From contig JALAGF010004627.1 in the NCBI GenBank assembly GCA_030167865.1, forward strand, positions 1 through 64,000: a stretch of DNA of 64,000 bases. The letters are read 5' to 3'. The first letter of the stretch is position 1, and every line of letters begins with the position of its first letter. This document shows, in pieces, positions 37,914 through 49,878 of the stretch. Origin of the DNA: Craspedostauros australis (Eukaryota). The translations under genes were made by a program, and so were the position numbers. The notes under the pieces were generated by a model. It worked only from the letters and a program-made list of their open reading frames with translations. It did no database searches and was not told the origin of the DNA.

Positions 37914-39005
37914 ATGCTGGAAGTCGAAGCAACCGCACCAAGGTCTCCAATGGCCGCATCCACAGCCACGTCATCGTTGAGCGATCTGCTGAGGTCCTCC
38001 GGGGTGAGCTCGCACTCCAGCGCCCCGTTTCTGCGAGAGGACGAGGACGATGATGACAACGAGATCGTGCTGTTCGGCGATCCGGCAGAGCACGAGGAGG
38101 AGGAGCTCAACTTCGGCCGCGGCTACGGCTTCGACTACCAATACGACTCCGGCTTCTACTACAGCGACGTCCAAGGCAGCGATGATGCTGACAACCAGGG
38201 CGAGGTGGCTTCCTACGCATCGGGAGGATCATCGACGGGGTCTGCCTCTGCGGGGGTGGAGACCAACCGACCGGGCTACACGCGCGGAGAGCTCGCTCAG
38301 ACCGTGACCTTCGTGCACTCCAACAAGGATGCTGAGACCGGGGACTTCATCCAAGAGCGGAAGCCGCTCTCGTGGTGCCTGGAGCAGAACAAGTGCGAGC
38401 AGGTGGAGCCCGGTGTCTGGGCTGGTGCCTGGTACTTCACGTACCTCTTCGGAAAGCACCAGGGCGAACGGGCCTGGGCGGAGGCCAAGAACACGCGCCT
38501 GGTCAAGGAGAGCTTCGGCAAGGCGCAGAAGGTGGACAGCGACACCATGGATCAGATGCTGCAGGCCAAGGCCAAGGGAAATCGCGCCTTCAGCCGCGGA
38601 CAGCACAAGACCGCGCTTGACAGCTACCTCGCGGCGGAGAAGCTCATGGGCGGCGACGTCGCCGGCATGTACCTAGTGCCCAACCAGCGCGCCGAGCTCG
38701 TCAAGATCCTGTCCAACCAGGCCGAGTGCTACCTGCGAATGAACAAGTACGAATCCGCGCTGCTGCAATCGACGGCAGCGCTCAAGCTCGACAAGACGCA
38801 CAAGAAGAGCATCCTGAGGCGCGCCAAGGCGCTCTTCCATGGGTGCAAGCAGGAGGGGGCCTTCCATGATGTCATCGCCACGCAGATCATGGATGATCTC
38901 AAGTCCATCCTGGATGATCAGAACGAAAATCAGAATGCTGAAGCCCTGGACTTGATGAGGCAGATCAGCACCAGTCCCATCGATGGAAAGACACCGACAG
39001 CCTAA
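37914..39005 (+). CDS. TPR-domain protein
   Basis: KAKGNRAF, LSNQAECYL and KSILRRAKA form a three-TPR module. Acidic N-terminus. Confidence 0.82.
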   Translation: MLEVEATAPRSPMAASTATSSLSDLLRSSGVSSHSSAPFLREDEDDDDNEIVLFGDPAEHEEEELNFGRGYGFDYQYDSGFYYSDVQGSDDADNQGEVASYASGGSSTGSASAGVETNRPGYTRGELAQTVTFVHSNKDAETGDFIQERKPLSWCLEQNKCEQVEPGVWAGAWYFTYLFGKHQGERAWAEAKNTRLVKESFGKAQKVDSDTMDQMLQAKAKGNRAFSRGQHKTALDSYLAAEKLMGGDVAGMYLVPNQRAELVKILSNQAECYLRMNKYESALLQSTAALKLDKTHKKSILRRAKALFHGCKQEGAFHDVIATQIMDDLKSILDDQNENQNAEALDLMRQISTSPIDGKTPTA

Positions 39006-39785
39006 GCACAGACCGACAAAGATCGAGGCGACGTACCGACCCACGCGCGATTTAGAGTCAGCAACACCAGGCTCAACCGCCAACAACAACAACGACGACG
39101 ACGGATGCATCGAATGGCATCTTGTGTCATTGATCTTCTTGCATTGCCTGAGAATCATTCGTTGATTTCATATGAAGACTCTCTGCAGATTGGCGACTGC
39201 CACTTCTCAGCCAACAACAAACAAAATCTCACTGCCAACTCCGTGGCGCCAGCACGACAAGGCATTGCTTTGCCTTGCGCAACACGCACATGGCCATGCG
39301 TTTCGCAGAAAACTCCTGCCGGCAAACAAATGGCGAGAAGTGCGCCATGAGACGCGGGAGCACGGACGGCGGAAAGCAAGGCTCCTTTCCACGAAAGCAA
39401 GCCCAACCACAAAAAGAGAGCATGAAGGATTGAATCGTTCCATGCTCTCCATTGCACCAACGCAAGAAAACGGCCACATCCACCGTTGCTTGCGCTGTTC
39501 ACAACAACTTCCAGGGAGCCACCATCGTCCCATCAAGCTCACGGGGACGAACTCAAGAATCCAATTGTATTTTGCATACTACATACGTCGATCAACACTA
39601 TCGACGCACACACTCTCTCGTTCTCTACCAATAGAGAGAGAGAGAGAGAGAGAGAGAGAATCAACCATAACTCTACGAAACTCAACTCCAGCCTGTCATG
39701 TTCGATTGCATGCTCGTACTAGTCGAGTAGAACACTATGTTCCTATCCCCGCTGTTCCTTACTGAGATTAGATGAGTGTCGAAAC

Positions 39786-40934
39786 TCAGCGCTGCCCGTC
39801 CGCACCTGAATATTCCCTCGCTTCCACCAAGTTGAAGTTGCCGTACTGATCAATGTTGCGGATCACAGCTACACCACACAATGTCTTGCAGATCTCCACG
39901 TTGATCGTCACATCGGGATTCTCCAGCTTGACCTTGCAATCTGGTTTCACCTTCATCACCTCCCCCGCAACAGCCTGGATGATATCGTTGCTGCGTAATG
40001 TCTTGCCGCAGTTGCGTCGCTTCGATGTCACAGCAAAAGTCTTGGCTTCAGCTGGGAAGTACCGCTTCAGCAATGCCGCGGTTGTGAGCTGAATCTCTTC
40101 GGCTGATGCAAAGCACGTGGCTTGCACGGGGATCATCCTTGCGAGGAACCGGGAGCAGGGGATACCGCGCTTCTTCTCTCGCAGGTCGGTGATGATTGTG
40201 CGCACTGTTTCGATTGGGTCCCATGGTGGGACATCAAGGACAGTCGCCGCTGCCGTCGTTGAACCTGCAGCTGTAGATGATGTCGACGCTGCGATTGATT
40301 TTGACTCGGAACCATCTGGGATCGAAGCTCTACTTGTTGCGTCGTTGACATCGTTTTTTATTGATTCATCAGCCTTGTCCTTGACAGCCTCTTCGGCATC
40401 GGGTGCTACCTCATCTTCAGACTTCCGTTGCTTCTTGGCTGCATTCGACACATGTTTCGTTTCCAATGTACTTGCATCAACTGTGTCGGCATCACCCGAA
40501 GCCTCATTCTGCGCCGTATCGTCGCCATCCTTCGCTTCCTGATCCTGTTGCTGTTGTTGTTGCTGCTGCTGCTTGTCAGCCTTAATGGACGGAATGAGGT
40601 TGCAGTTGTCCATCACGCACATCACAAAAACGGTGCCCCTGCAGCCTGTGTCAAAGATCCGAAAGTCGGAATTCTTTTCTCGCTTGGATTGCTGCAGCAT
40701 CGCGATTTCATCATCCAGACTGAGCTTGGCATCGGATGGCTTCTCCGCTACCGCGTCCTGCTCGACATAATACCGCAAGATGTCCAGTCCTTCACGTTCG
40801 CACTTGATCTCCCTGCTCGTCTCGGATGTCAGCAACATGGCCGGTCCGCCGCGTCTCGGATTGTTCCTGTACTTGGCGCCTGGTTTCTTCTGATCACCAT
40901 GGAACTTGCGCTTCTTTTCGCCAGATGAGCTCAT
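39786..40934 (-). CDS. THUMP-domain protein (THUMPD1/Tan1-like tRNA acetylation adaptor)
   Basis: SRFLARMIPVQATC, TFAV..KRRN, KVKLENPDVTINVEICKT and FNL motifs. Confidence 0.88.
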   Translation of the reverse strand: MSSSGEKKRKFHGDQKKPGAKYRNNPRRGGPAMLLTSETSREIKCEREGLDILRYYVEQDAVAEKPSDAKLSLDDEIAMLQQSKREKNSDFRIFDTGCRGTVFVMCVMDNCNLIPSIKADKQQQQQQQQQDQEAKDGDDTAQNEASGDADTVDASTLETKHVSNAAKKQRKSEDEVAPDAEEAVKDKADESIKNDVNDATSRASIPDGSESKSIAASTSSTAAGSTTAAATVLDVPPWDPIETVRTIITDLREKKRGIPCSRFLARMIPVQATCFASAEEIQLTTAALLKRYFPAEAKTFAVTSKRRNCGKTLRSNDIIQAVAGEVMKVKPDCKVKLENPDVTINVEICKTLCGVAVIRNIDQYGNFNLVEAREYSGADGQR

Positions 40935-41407
40935 GGTTTCTGTGATGTGGTCTGCAGGAATAGAATGGCTCAGAACGGATCAGAATGGAGTCGAGTTTCG
41001 TCGAGTGCAGCCAAGCAACAGATTTCGAGTCTGCTCGAAGCATTGTACGAATACCCTGGAGTGTGGATGCTGGTCACCTATCCATGCGAGTTTTCCGATG
41101 GATCTCGGAACGCTTGTGTGTTGTCCACCACTTCGATGTTTGGTTCTCACAGTTCCACCTCCTGAAATCCAGGAATGCCACGATGGGCCTTAAATCGTGT
41201 TGATTTCTACGGACATCCGTACGTTAATTTCGTTACCACACACAACTCTTGATTTGGGACGTCATTTACAACACTAGTTTTCACAAGCACTAATGGCATC
41301 ATTCGAGTCCACGAAACTCGAGAGGCTTCAGATGCTGTGGTTCCTCACTCGTTGATCGCCCAACCACAGAGACAGCCGCAATCAGAAGAACCGCAGCAAC
41401 GGCAGCA

Positions 41408-41696
41408 ATGGCAGCATTGGCAACAATGACACCAACAATGTGGTTGATGCATCAAAAGAGGATGATTGGTGTCATCTTCATCGCGTGCATGGTGGTGGCA
41501 ACGAACTCACTGTCATCACCATCCCTGTCATCTTCATTCCAACGCAGCAGCAGCAGCAGCAACGGGAATGAGAATCACCAACCAATACGGAAGAATGCCG
41601 TGATCGGCGGTGGCATCGCCGGTCTCGCCTTGGCGCATGCCTTCGAGAACAACAGCAATACCGACAGCATCCACACCAACAACGACAACGACAACG

Positions 41697-41763
<67 letters not shown>

Positions 41764-42338
41764 CGTCGCTTAGAAGGCATGATTCGAGGCCGAGCACATC
41801 CAGCAACAGATGCGACAGAAGATCGATGATGCCATGATCCCCACACACACCACAAGGCCCATCATCGATCGACTCATCGACAATGCCGATCGTTTCTTTG
41901 AGTTAGGGATCTACTTCCACAATCCCTTTACGCAATGGACCAAGGCGATGATGGCCACCAACGGAAATCGCAACCGCAATGGAAGCACCGGCGAACGCCA
42001 TGCCACAGTTTCTTGGACAGGACACCAATCAGTCCATCCAAGGCGCCTACTGTTAGGCCAACGCCATTCAGCAGTACACCATGTAGTACAATGAACAAGC
42101 CGATGGTGGGAACAACCTCGAAGGCCTCCTGCAGATAGAATACAAGGACAAGCGATGGTCCACCATCACGAGAATCATGGACATCACAGGTGTCACGACC
42201 AAGGCTGATTGGTCTGCTGGGGTATCTGGAGTCCTCGTCGGGACCGTTGGCCAAGTTCTGGGATGTGTTCTTCTTCACCATGGATAAGACGGGCGTTGCG
42301 AAGATGATCTTTTTGGATGCCGCAGTGCCGAGGGTATG
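41408..42338 (+). pseudogene. FAD monooxygenase pseudogene, copy A
   Basis: Homologous to 53632-55275. About 0.8 kb is deleted at an (AAC)n tract, TGG has become TAG at about 41771, the GD motif is deleted and there are frameshifts. Confidence 0.9.
41678..41764 (+). repeat. (AAC)n/(AACGAC)n microsatellite
   Basis: More than 20 consecutive AAC units. Confidence 0.95.
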
Positions 42339-42744
42339 AGAATGTATGGAGCAGTGTGAAATCGCGATTTGAAATCGTGATGCGGTACAGATAGGTTATG
42401 TGGATGGCTTTCGCTTGGTGTTGATGGACCAGCCATACTCGTACGATCCAGACATTCCATACTTCTCACAAACCACAACACGCATTCACAATCACAAACG
42501 GACACCTCCCAATCAATCAATTAACCAACCAATCAACCATCTCCCTTTTCCATCCTACTCGTACAACAACACACTCACATTCACCAGAGTATCAATGCTG
42601 TCTCCATGAGCCGTTCTAATTACTCGACCAGCAGAATACTCCAAGACAATCCAGGATTTCATCAATCATCGATGTACCTTTCCTTTTCACATTGCGGGCA
42701 GAAGCATCATCAACTCGGACGAGCCGATCCCCTCTCTTGTCATG

Positions 42745-44049
42745 TCATGCCCGTTTCAACATCTCACTGCCCTGCAGCAGAATGTTAAATGTCTCGTTCG
42801 TGGAACCCATTATACCCCGACGTTTGTTTGTTCTCATCAGCATCTCCCCAAACAGAGCCTGTGGCCGCGACCATGTTGGAAGGGAACACAGCACTGCTCT
42901 CACCTTGTTGCGATGATTTCGCCGCAAGATGCGTTCAACAAGCGCATCGTACCAATGGGCATGTTCGTTGGCACGCGGGCGTGGATCAATGTGGAGATAG
43001 GTGAGTTGGGAAGTTTCCTCCAAGGCTTGCTGAAGTACTTCCATTTGGGCCGAGAGGATCTCGGTCGGAACTTCAAACATGCCAGGATGCCCAACGACAC
43101 CGTATAGGAGAGATGACAAACCCTTGTTTCTCAGGAGCGATATCAATGTGTCGAACATGATCATCTGCTCTTGTCGCGATAACCCGGTACAAAAATTGCA
43201 AACCTGTAGCTTCTTCAGGTGTGATGCATTTGAAAGGAGTTTGATGATTGGGTCGATTTCTTGTTGTGGACAGATTTGTTCGGCGCTGCCGAAACAATAG
43301 AAACCTATGGTGAGCCTGTCGATGCGCTTGTTTGACCGGAATAGCTTTGCCAAGCTATCACAAGTGAAACGGGTGTCAACAAAGGATATTTCGGTGACGC
43401 TGCAATTCTTTGGAGACAGCCATCTGCACAAATCAGCGCCCCCATTGGCGAGCTCGCAGGAACTGAACCTTACACATTTCGAGTGTTGGGAGATGTTGAA
43501 CATGAGCTTGTCACAATCAACAAGATCACAAAAACTCAACTCCACATGATGTGTCACAAGAGGGATATTGTGGAGCTGCTTGATCTCCACGAACCATCGA
43601 TGCAAGCGAATGCCTTTGTCGAATGAAGATTTGTGTGGATGTTCGGCAGACAATTGAATTACGAAACGAATCGCTTGCTTGTCTTCTTCTCCGAATTGGT
43701 CATCGTTGCCAAATTCCAGATTCAGGGATAGGATGTGCATCTGCCCGCATCCCCTGCAACACGGATCGTTCAGTAGAACACGAGGTGATAAAGCAATGGG
43801 CTTGTGCCGCTTCGCCATTGATTCCAAGTCAGCAAAGGTGAATCCTGCTTCAATGGCCAAGTCCCAATATTCCATCCGCTTGGGTGTGACACTGTAGCAG
43901 TCGATGTGCTCTGCTGGTGGGTACTGCGGAGTGAACACGGTCTTCGGGACCCACCATTTTCCATGGAGTTGTTTCCAGAAAGTCTTGAAGTCTGGATCAT
44001 GGTTGATGTTGGCATTGGTGTTGGCGACGGCATCCATGTCGTGGTTCAT
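42745..44049 (-). CDS. LRR/RNI-like protein, paralog A (434 aa)
   Basis: Intact intronless ORF with LxxLxI/V-type repeats (IDRLTI, LKKLQV, LSSLLY, LTYLHI) and a C-terminal cap (LRRNHRNKVR..LP..P.AL). Confidence 0.8.
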   Translation of the reverse strand: MNHDMDAVANTNANINHDPDFKTFWKQLHGKWWVPKTVFTPQYPPAEHIDCYSVTPKRMEYWDLAIEAGFTFADLESMAKRHKPIALSPRVLLNDPCCRGCGQMHILSLNLEFGNDDQFGEEDKQAIRFVIQLSAEHPHKSSFDKGIRLHRWFVEIKQLHNIPLVTHHVELSFCDLVDCDKLMFNISQHSKCVRFSSCELANGGADLCRWLSPKNCSVTEISFVDTRFTCDSLAKLFRSNKRIDRLTIGFYCFGSAEQICPQQEIDPIIKLLSNASHLKKLQVCNFCTGLSRQEQMIMFDTLISLLRNKGLSSLLYGVVGHPGMFEVPTEILSAQMEVLQQALEETSQLTYLHIDPRPRANEHAHWYDALVERILRRNHRNKVRAVLCSLPTWSRPQALFGEMLMRTNKRRGIMGSTNETFNILLQGSEMLKRA

Positions 44050-44997
44050 CCTTTTCTTGTTGTCGCTGTTGCTGGTCGTTGCTGTTGGTGGTACAATCGT
44101 ACGAGTAGAGCTGGTAGAGTGCGTCGTCCCAAATCAGTTGCGCTTGGATGGCGATTATGAGCTCATCTGCTCAAGCTTACTGTCCTCCATTTCATGATCC
44201 TGTGCATTGATCACGAAGCAACATGTCGTCAGTCAACATGCTTTCATGGACTTGCGCAGTTCCACCCACGGTGTATGGTATGGTATAGTACGACCGTGGA
44301 CAGCCACATCACGATTCGAAGCTGGCTAGCTGGCCCACACGATACGACCTTCGATGGTGCCCAACTTGGCCACGCTGTGCAGTTGCGCCTCTTCATGTGA
44401 TACCATTGTTTGTGTATCATGAGTAGGCACATCCTCTGTGATGGTCTTGGGGAGTCGACCACGATACTGTTATATTATACTCCGATCGATACAGTTCTTC
44501 GGCAGTTGCATGTCATCGAACGACTACCATGGGCGGACCCACGATGTGAAGAATCCACGATGTGAAGGAATCACCACGATGTCTTCTTCGGTCGGCATCA
44601 GAGAGGCGTTTCTCACGTTTTGTTGCGAGGATGACGACGATGACGATGTTGGTGACACCACTCGTGTTTCAATCGACAACAAACGTATCCAGGACTCATC
44701 TCGCCTCACTCAATCACTGCGAACTCTGTGGCGATGACGATGGCCATGGTGGTGCTGCAGACATCGTCGTAGAATGCTGATACAGATCGTCACAACCGCA
44801 ACACTCACATGATGATCACCGTTGCCATCAAGTATCTATTCACAGAGCATGCCAATGCTCCGTCTCTCCCTCTCTCTCTATTTCTAGAGAGACTTCGAAC
44901 GATGCCGGCTGGTTGACTTGGTTCCTCACTCATTGATCGCCCAACCACAGAGACAGCCACAACCAGAAGGATCACAGCAACGGCAGCATTGGCAGCA

Positions 44998-45099
44998 ATG
45001 ACACCAACGACGTGATTGATGCATCAAAAGAGGATGATTGGTGCCATCTGCATCGCGTGCATGTTGGTGGCAACGAACTCACTGTCATCACCATCCCCG
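44998..45099 (+). pseudogene. FAD monooxygenase 5' remnant, copy B
   Basis: Matches the first ~100 nt of the intact copy, has TGA at 45013, and homology stops at 45099. Confidence 0.85.
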
Positions 45100-45437
45100 A
45101 CACTTTTCTTCCATCGTGAATTGAGAACCACCGACGGCCATTTCCTTTGACAGGCGCAACAATCGCAGCAACGACACCATCACCAACATCCACCACATTG
45201 TTGTATCCCATCGCATCAGCCCATTGCCTCAGTATGATCACTGGAGAGAGAGAGATCAGATCCACCACTGGACATTGGACATTGGATACTGGATACTGCG
45301 CCATCAGCAATCACGTTTGTCGCAAAAGGCCTTCCATTGGACATTCAACATTGCGCGATTGGAGGATTGAACGAAGCAACAGAGCAGATCATTCCCAAAA
45401 CAACACAATACAAGGCAACAGAAGGCAACACAAATCG

Positions 45438-47007
45438 ATGGAAGACAACAGATTCCCGTTCACCAGCAAGGCTTCACGGTCGTCCTCCTCCACGCCTGGC
45501 ATTGAACGCAAGACCGGTCACCAGTACGATCGCAACTCTGCGCCATCACCAAGCTCCATGTCGTCATCGGCAGCATCATCGCCCACCGGCTACAGCTCCG
45601 CCTACACCTCCAAGTACATGGACGACCTGGGCAGCAAGCAGCAGGCTGTGTCGGCGACGACAATGAGGCAGAGTTCTACATGCACTCGCAGCAGAACTTC
45701 GACGCCGACATGATTGACTCCACCAGCGCGAGGAGGGTGGTGGACAGCGACGAGGAGCCCTTCGACGAAGGCCTGGACGATGACATTGACAGCGACAACA
45801 GCGACGACAATGAAGGTGCCGACGCCAACAGCCGCAGTCGCAGCCACAGTCGCAACGTCAGCGCGGGTGCCAGCGACAACACGCAGCAGATAGATGATGA
45901 CATCGAGAGCCAGTGTTCCGATGAGGAGGCGGGCGACAAGATGACCGACAAGACGACCGATGGAGGCTTCGACGAGTTCACAGACGAGGACGACTCCATG
46001 CGAGACGACTCCTTTCGTGGCGAATTCCGTTCCACATCCTGCCAGCCTCCACGCACGATCGGAACATCTCCCGACACCAGCAACACCAACACCGCGCCGT
46101 CCAGGACGTCCCCGCCAGCCAGAGGCAGCCCAACACCTCCTCCAACGGGGGCTCGTCCTTCGGCTTCTCCTCCGCCAAGAGGATGTCTTTCATCTGCCAG
46201 GAAGGTGGACTGTAGACCGTCATCGAAGGCGAGGAGGGTGACGAGACGGAGCGACCATCCACCAGAACTGTCAACAAACGCAAGCCAGGCGAATTCGGTG
46301 CCCATTCCAATGGGGATTCCGGACTCTTCTCCTCCATGGTCTCCGCCAAAAACGATGGGACCCAGCGCATGGCCGCCACCTCCAATTCATCCAACAGCAA
46401 CCACGGCAACCAGGACTCCACCAACTCCCTTCCCAAGGAATCCAACCACAGCAATGTGGACATGGACATGGACGGTGAGGATCCAGCTTCCACAAAAAAC
46501 CCAGCGTCAACCTACATCTCCACATCCACCAACCGCCTCATGAGCGGCAGTTCCGCTTCAGCCGGAGTGGTCTTGGACAAAAGCCAATCCACTCATTCCG
46601 CCATCCTCCTCAACAAGACCAACGGCACCAACGAGGACATGCCCACCCAGCTCGTCTCGCGCACCAACTCCATCGAAATATCTTTCACTCCCATGATGCC
46701 CGCAACTGCTCCGGCGCAAACCATCACTCAAGGTCCACCAGCCAAACAGCTCCCGCGAAAAGAACCCACCGGACCCTCCAAGGGATCCAGCAAGCATCTT
46801 GATCCGAAGAACGTGGTCGAGCAGGACACCGGCAACACCACAAGCATGCATTCCGTCGACATTGAGGCGCAGACGGCCACCACAACCACAAAGCCGACGT
46901 TGCAGGAACCAGCACCTAGCAAAGGCAACATCATGATCCCCATCGTCATCGTGGCTGTCCTCATCATCGGTGGTGGCATTGCAGCAGGCGTCGTGCTGGC
47001 GGGCTGA
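45438..47007 (+). pseudogene. Disrupted gene for an acidic disordered protein ending in a single TM helix, inside unit B
   Basis: Coding-like segments in shifting frames (shift near 45650 and another within ~46020-46150), in-frame TAG at 46213-46215, and a stop immediately after IVIVAVLIIGGGIAAGVVLAG. Confidence 0.65.
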
Positions 47008-47464
47008 AACAGCAGTTTTGTTTTTGCAACTCTCGCTGCCGACGCCTCTGACTTTCGTTGACCGCAAGTCAAACATGCCGATCGCTGGAGATGGAGTATC
47101 CCAAATAGTAGTATCGTAGTAGTATTATCGTGACTCGTTTTGCCTTTTGGTGTTGACGTTGCGTGGTTTCTCGTCATCGCAGATGCATCACTGTTGCGAT
47201 CTTGGCAGGAACACGCACGGGCATGGACATGGGTGCTACATACACACACTCGACTCGCTTGCAGTCAGTGGAGTTAGACGAGAGTAGTTGTCCTACAGTT
47301 GTTTAAGGCAATGCAGCATTGTATAATATCAATCATCGACACACCTTTCTTTGCTTTGTGAACACCGAGCGCTTAACAGAAACTCCGTCGCTTTCACGAG
47401 TGTGGCCAGTTGGCTGTCAATTTCATTGCGCTGGCAGAAGGCTGATGATCTTATCACGGCAGCG

Positions 47465-48820
47465 CTATTTATTTTGTCGTTGCTGATCATGAAGCTCGGC
47501 GCGACGATCGTCCCATGTCTGTTTCAACATGTCACTGCACTGCAGCAGAATGTGAAAAGTCTCGTTCGTGATACCCAATGGATCACATAAACCCCAACGT
47601 TTGATTGTTCTCATCAGCATCTTCCCAAACAGGGCCTGTGGCCGTGACCATGTTGGAAGGGAATGCAGCACTGCTCTCACCTTGTTGCGATGATTTCGCC
47701 GCAAGATGCGTTCAACAAGTGCATAGTACCAATCGGCATATTCGCAAGACGGGCTTGGGTACATGCTGAAATAGGTGAGTTGGGTAGTCTGCTCCAAGGC
47801 TTGCTCAAGTGCTTCCATTCGTGCCAAGAGGGTCTCACGCGGATGCTCAAACTCCTTGGGATTCGAGCAGTCGAAGTATGTGAGAGATGACAAGCTCTTG
47901 TTTCCCAGGAGCGATATCAATGCGTCGAACCTTGTCTCCTGATCTGGCTCCGATGACCGGCCCCAGATAGGGGAAACCTTTAGCTTCTTCAGGTGTGATG
48001 CATCTAAAAGGAGTTTGATGATCTGGTCGACTTCTTGTGGTGAGTAGGTTCGTTGTCGGTTGTAGTCCTCAAAGCAAGTGATGTTAAGCTTGTTGATGCG
48101 CTTGTTTGACTGGAATAGATTTGCCAAGTTATCACAAGTGATACGGGTGTCCAAAAAGGTTACTTTGGTGATGCTGCAATTGTTTGGAGACAGCCATCTG
48201 CACAAATCAGCGCCCCCATTGGCGAGCTCACAGGAATCAAACTTAACCCACTTCGAGTTTTGGGAGATGTTGAACATGAGCTTGTCGCAATCAACAAGAT
48301 CACATGAACCCAAATGCACACCATGTGTCGCAGGGATATCGTGGAGCTGTTTCATCTCCACGAAGTATTGAGTCAAGCGGATGCCGTCGGCCCATGGAGA
48401 TTCGGGTGGGTGTTCGGCAGCCAATCGAAGTACGAAGCGAATCGCTTGCTTGTCTTCTTCTCCAAATTGGTCATCGTCGCCGAATTCCAGATACAGGGAT
48501 CGAATGCGCATCCGCCCGCATGCCGGGTAAAGCCAACCGCTCAGTAGAACATGAGGTGATAAAGCAAGGTGCTTGTGCTGCCGCTGCATCGATTTCAAGT
48601 CAGCAAAGGTGAATCCTGCTTCGATGGCCATGTCCCAGTGTTCCATCCGCTTGGGTGTGACACTGTAGCAGTCGATCTGCTTTGCTCGTGGGGACTGCAC
48701 ATTGAACACGGTCTTTGGTGACAGCTCTTTTCCGTGGAGTTGTTTCCAGAAAGTCTTGAAGTCTGGATCATGGTCACTGTTGGCATTGGTGTTGGTGACA
48801 TCATCCATGTTGCGGTTCAT
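47465..48820 (-). CDS. LRR/RNI-like protein, paralog B (451 aa)
   Basis: Intact ORF, colinear paralog of A, with a C-terminal extension read from the foreign segment. Confidence 0.8.
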   Translation of the reverse strand: MNRNMDDVTNTNANSDHDPDFKTFWKQLHGKELSPKTVFNVQSPRAKQIDCYSVTPKRMEHWDMAIEAGFTFADLKSMQRQHKHLALSPHVLLSGWLYPACGRMRIRSLYLEFGDDDQFGEEDKQAIRFVLRLAAEHPPESPWADGIRLTQYFVEMKQLHDIPATHGVHLGSCDLVDCDKLMFNISQNSKWVKFDSCELANGGADLCRWLSPNNCSITKVTFLDTRITCDNLANLFQSNKRINKLNITCFEDYNRQRTYSPQEVDQIIKLLLDASHLKKLKVSPIWGRSSEPDQETRFDALISLLGNKSLSSLTYFDCSNPKEFEHPRETLLARMEALEQALEQTTQLTYFSMYPSPSCEYADWYYALVERILRRNHRNKVRAVLHSLPTWSRPQALFGKMLMRTIKRWGLCDPLGITNETFHILLQCSDMLKQTWDDRRAELHDQQRQNK

Positions 48821-49722
48821 CCTGCTATGTGTTGTCGATGCTGTTTATGGTGGGGGCTGTCGATAGTGTTGGTTGCACAGCAGCAGAGCAGGCAGAGTAT
48901 GTGGTCCCAAAGCAGTTGTGCTTGGATGGTGATTGTGAGCTCATCTGCTCGAGTTTGCTGTCTTCCATTTCATGATCCTGTGCATTGATCACGAAGCAAC
49001 GTGTCGTCAGTCAACACGCCTGCATGGACTTGCGCAGTTCCACCACTGCGTATGGTGTGGTATGATACGACTGTGGATAGCCACATCATGATCCGAAGCT
49101 GGCTAGCTCGCTCGCTCGCACGATACGGCCTTCGATGGTGCCCAACTTGGCCACGCTGCGCAGTTGCGCCTCTTCATGTGATACCATTGTTTGTGTATCA
49201 TGAGTAGGCACATCCTCTGTGATGGTCTTGGGGAGTCGACCACGATACTGTTATATTATACTCCGATCGATACAGTTCTTCGGCAGTTGCATGTCATCGA
49301 ACGACTACCATGGGCGGACCCACGATGTGAAGAATCCACGATGTGAAGGAATCACCACGATGTCTTCTTCGGTCGGCATCAGAGAGGCGTTTCTCACGTT
49401 TTGTTGCGAGGATGACGACGATGACGATGTTGGTGACACCACTCGTGTTTCAATCGACAACAAACGTATCCAGGACTCATCTCGCCTCACTCAATCACTG
49501 CGGACTCTGTGGCGAATGATCAACCATCAGTCTTCCGATGAACACGGAACGTGTGCGAGACAGGTCATTTTGTGGCGATGGCAATGACGATGACGATGAC
49601 GATGGTTGTCGTGGTGGTGCTACAGACATCGCTACAGAATACTGACGCAGATCACCACAACTGCAACGCTCACATGATGATCACCGTTGCCATCAAGTAT
49701 CTATTCACAGAGCATGCCAATG

Positions 49723-49758
<36 letters not shown>

Positions 49759-49878
49759 TTCTAGAGAGACTTCGAACAATGCCAGCTTGTTGAGTTGCCT
49801 AGTTCCTCACCCATTGATCGCGCAACCACAGAGACACCCACAACCAGAAGAATCACAGCAACGGCAGCAATGGCATCA

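Noticed and set aside
41478-41855. Poly-C, poly-V, poly-L and poly-T ORFs
   Set aside because: Translations of the (AAC)n microsatellite.
44438-44737. Short ORFs repeated identically at 49219-49587
   Set aside because: The identity reflects recent duplication or conversion of spacer DNA, and the frames are not preserved in units C and D.
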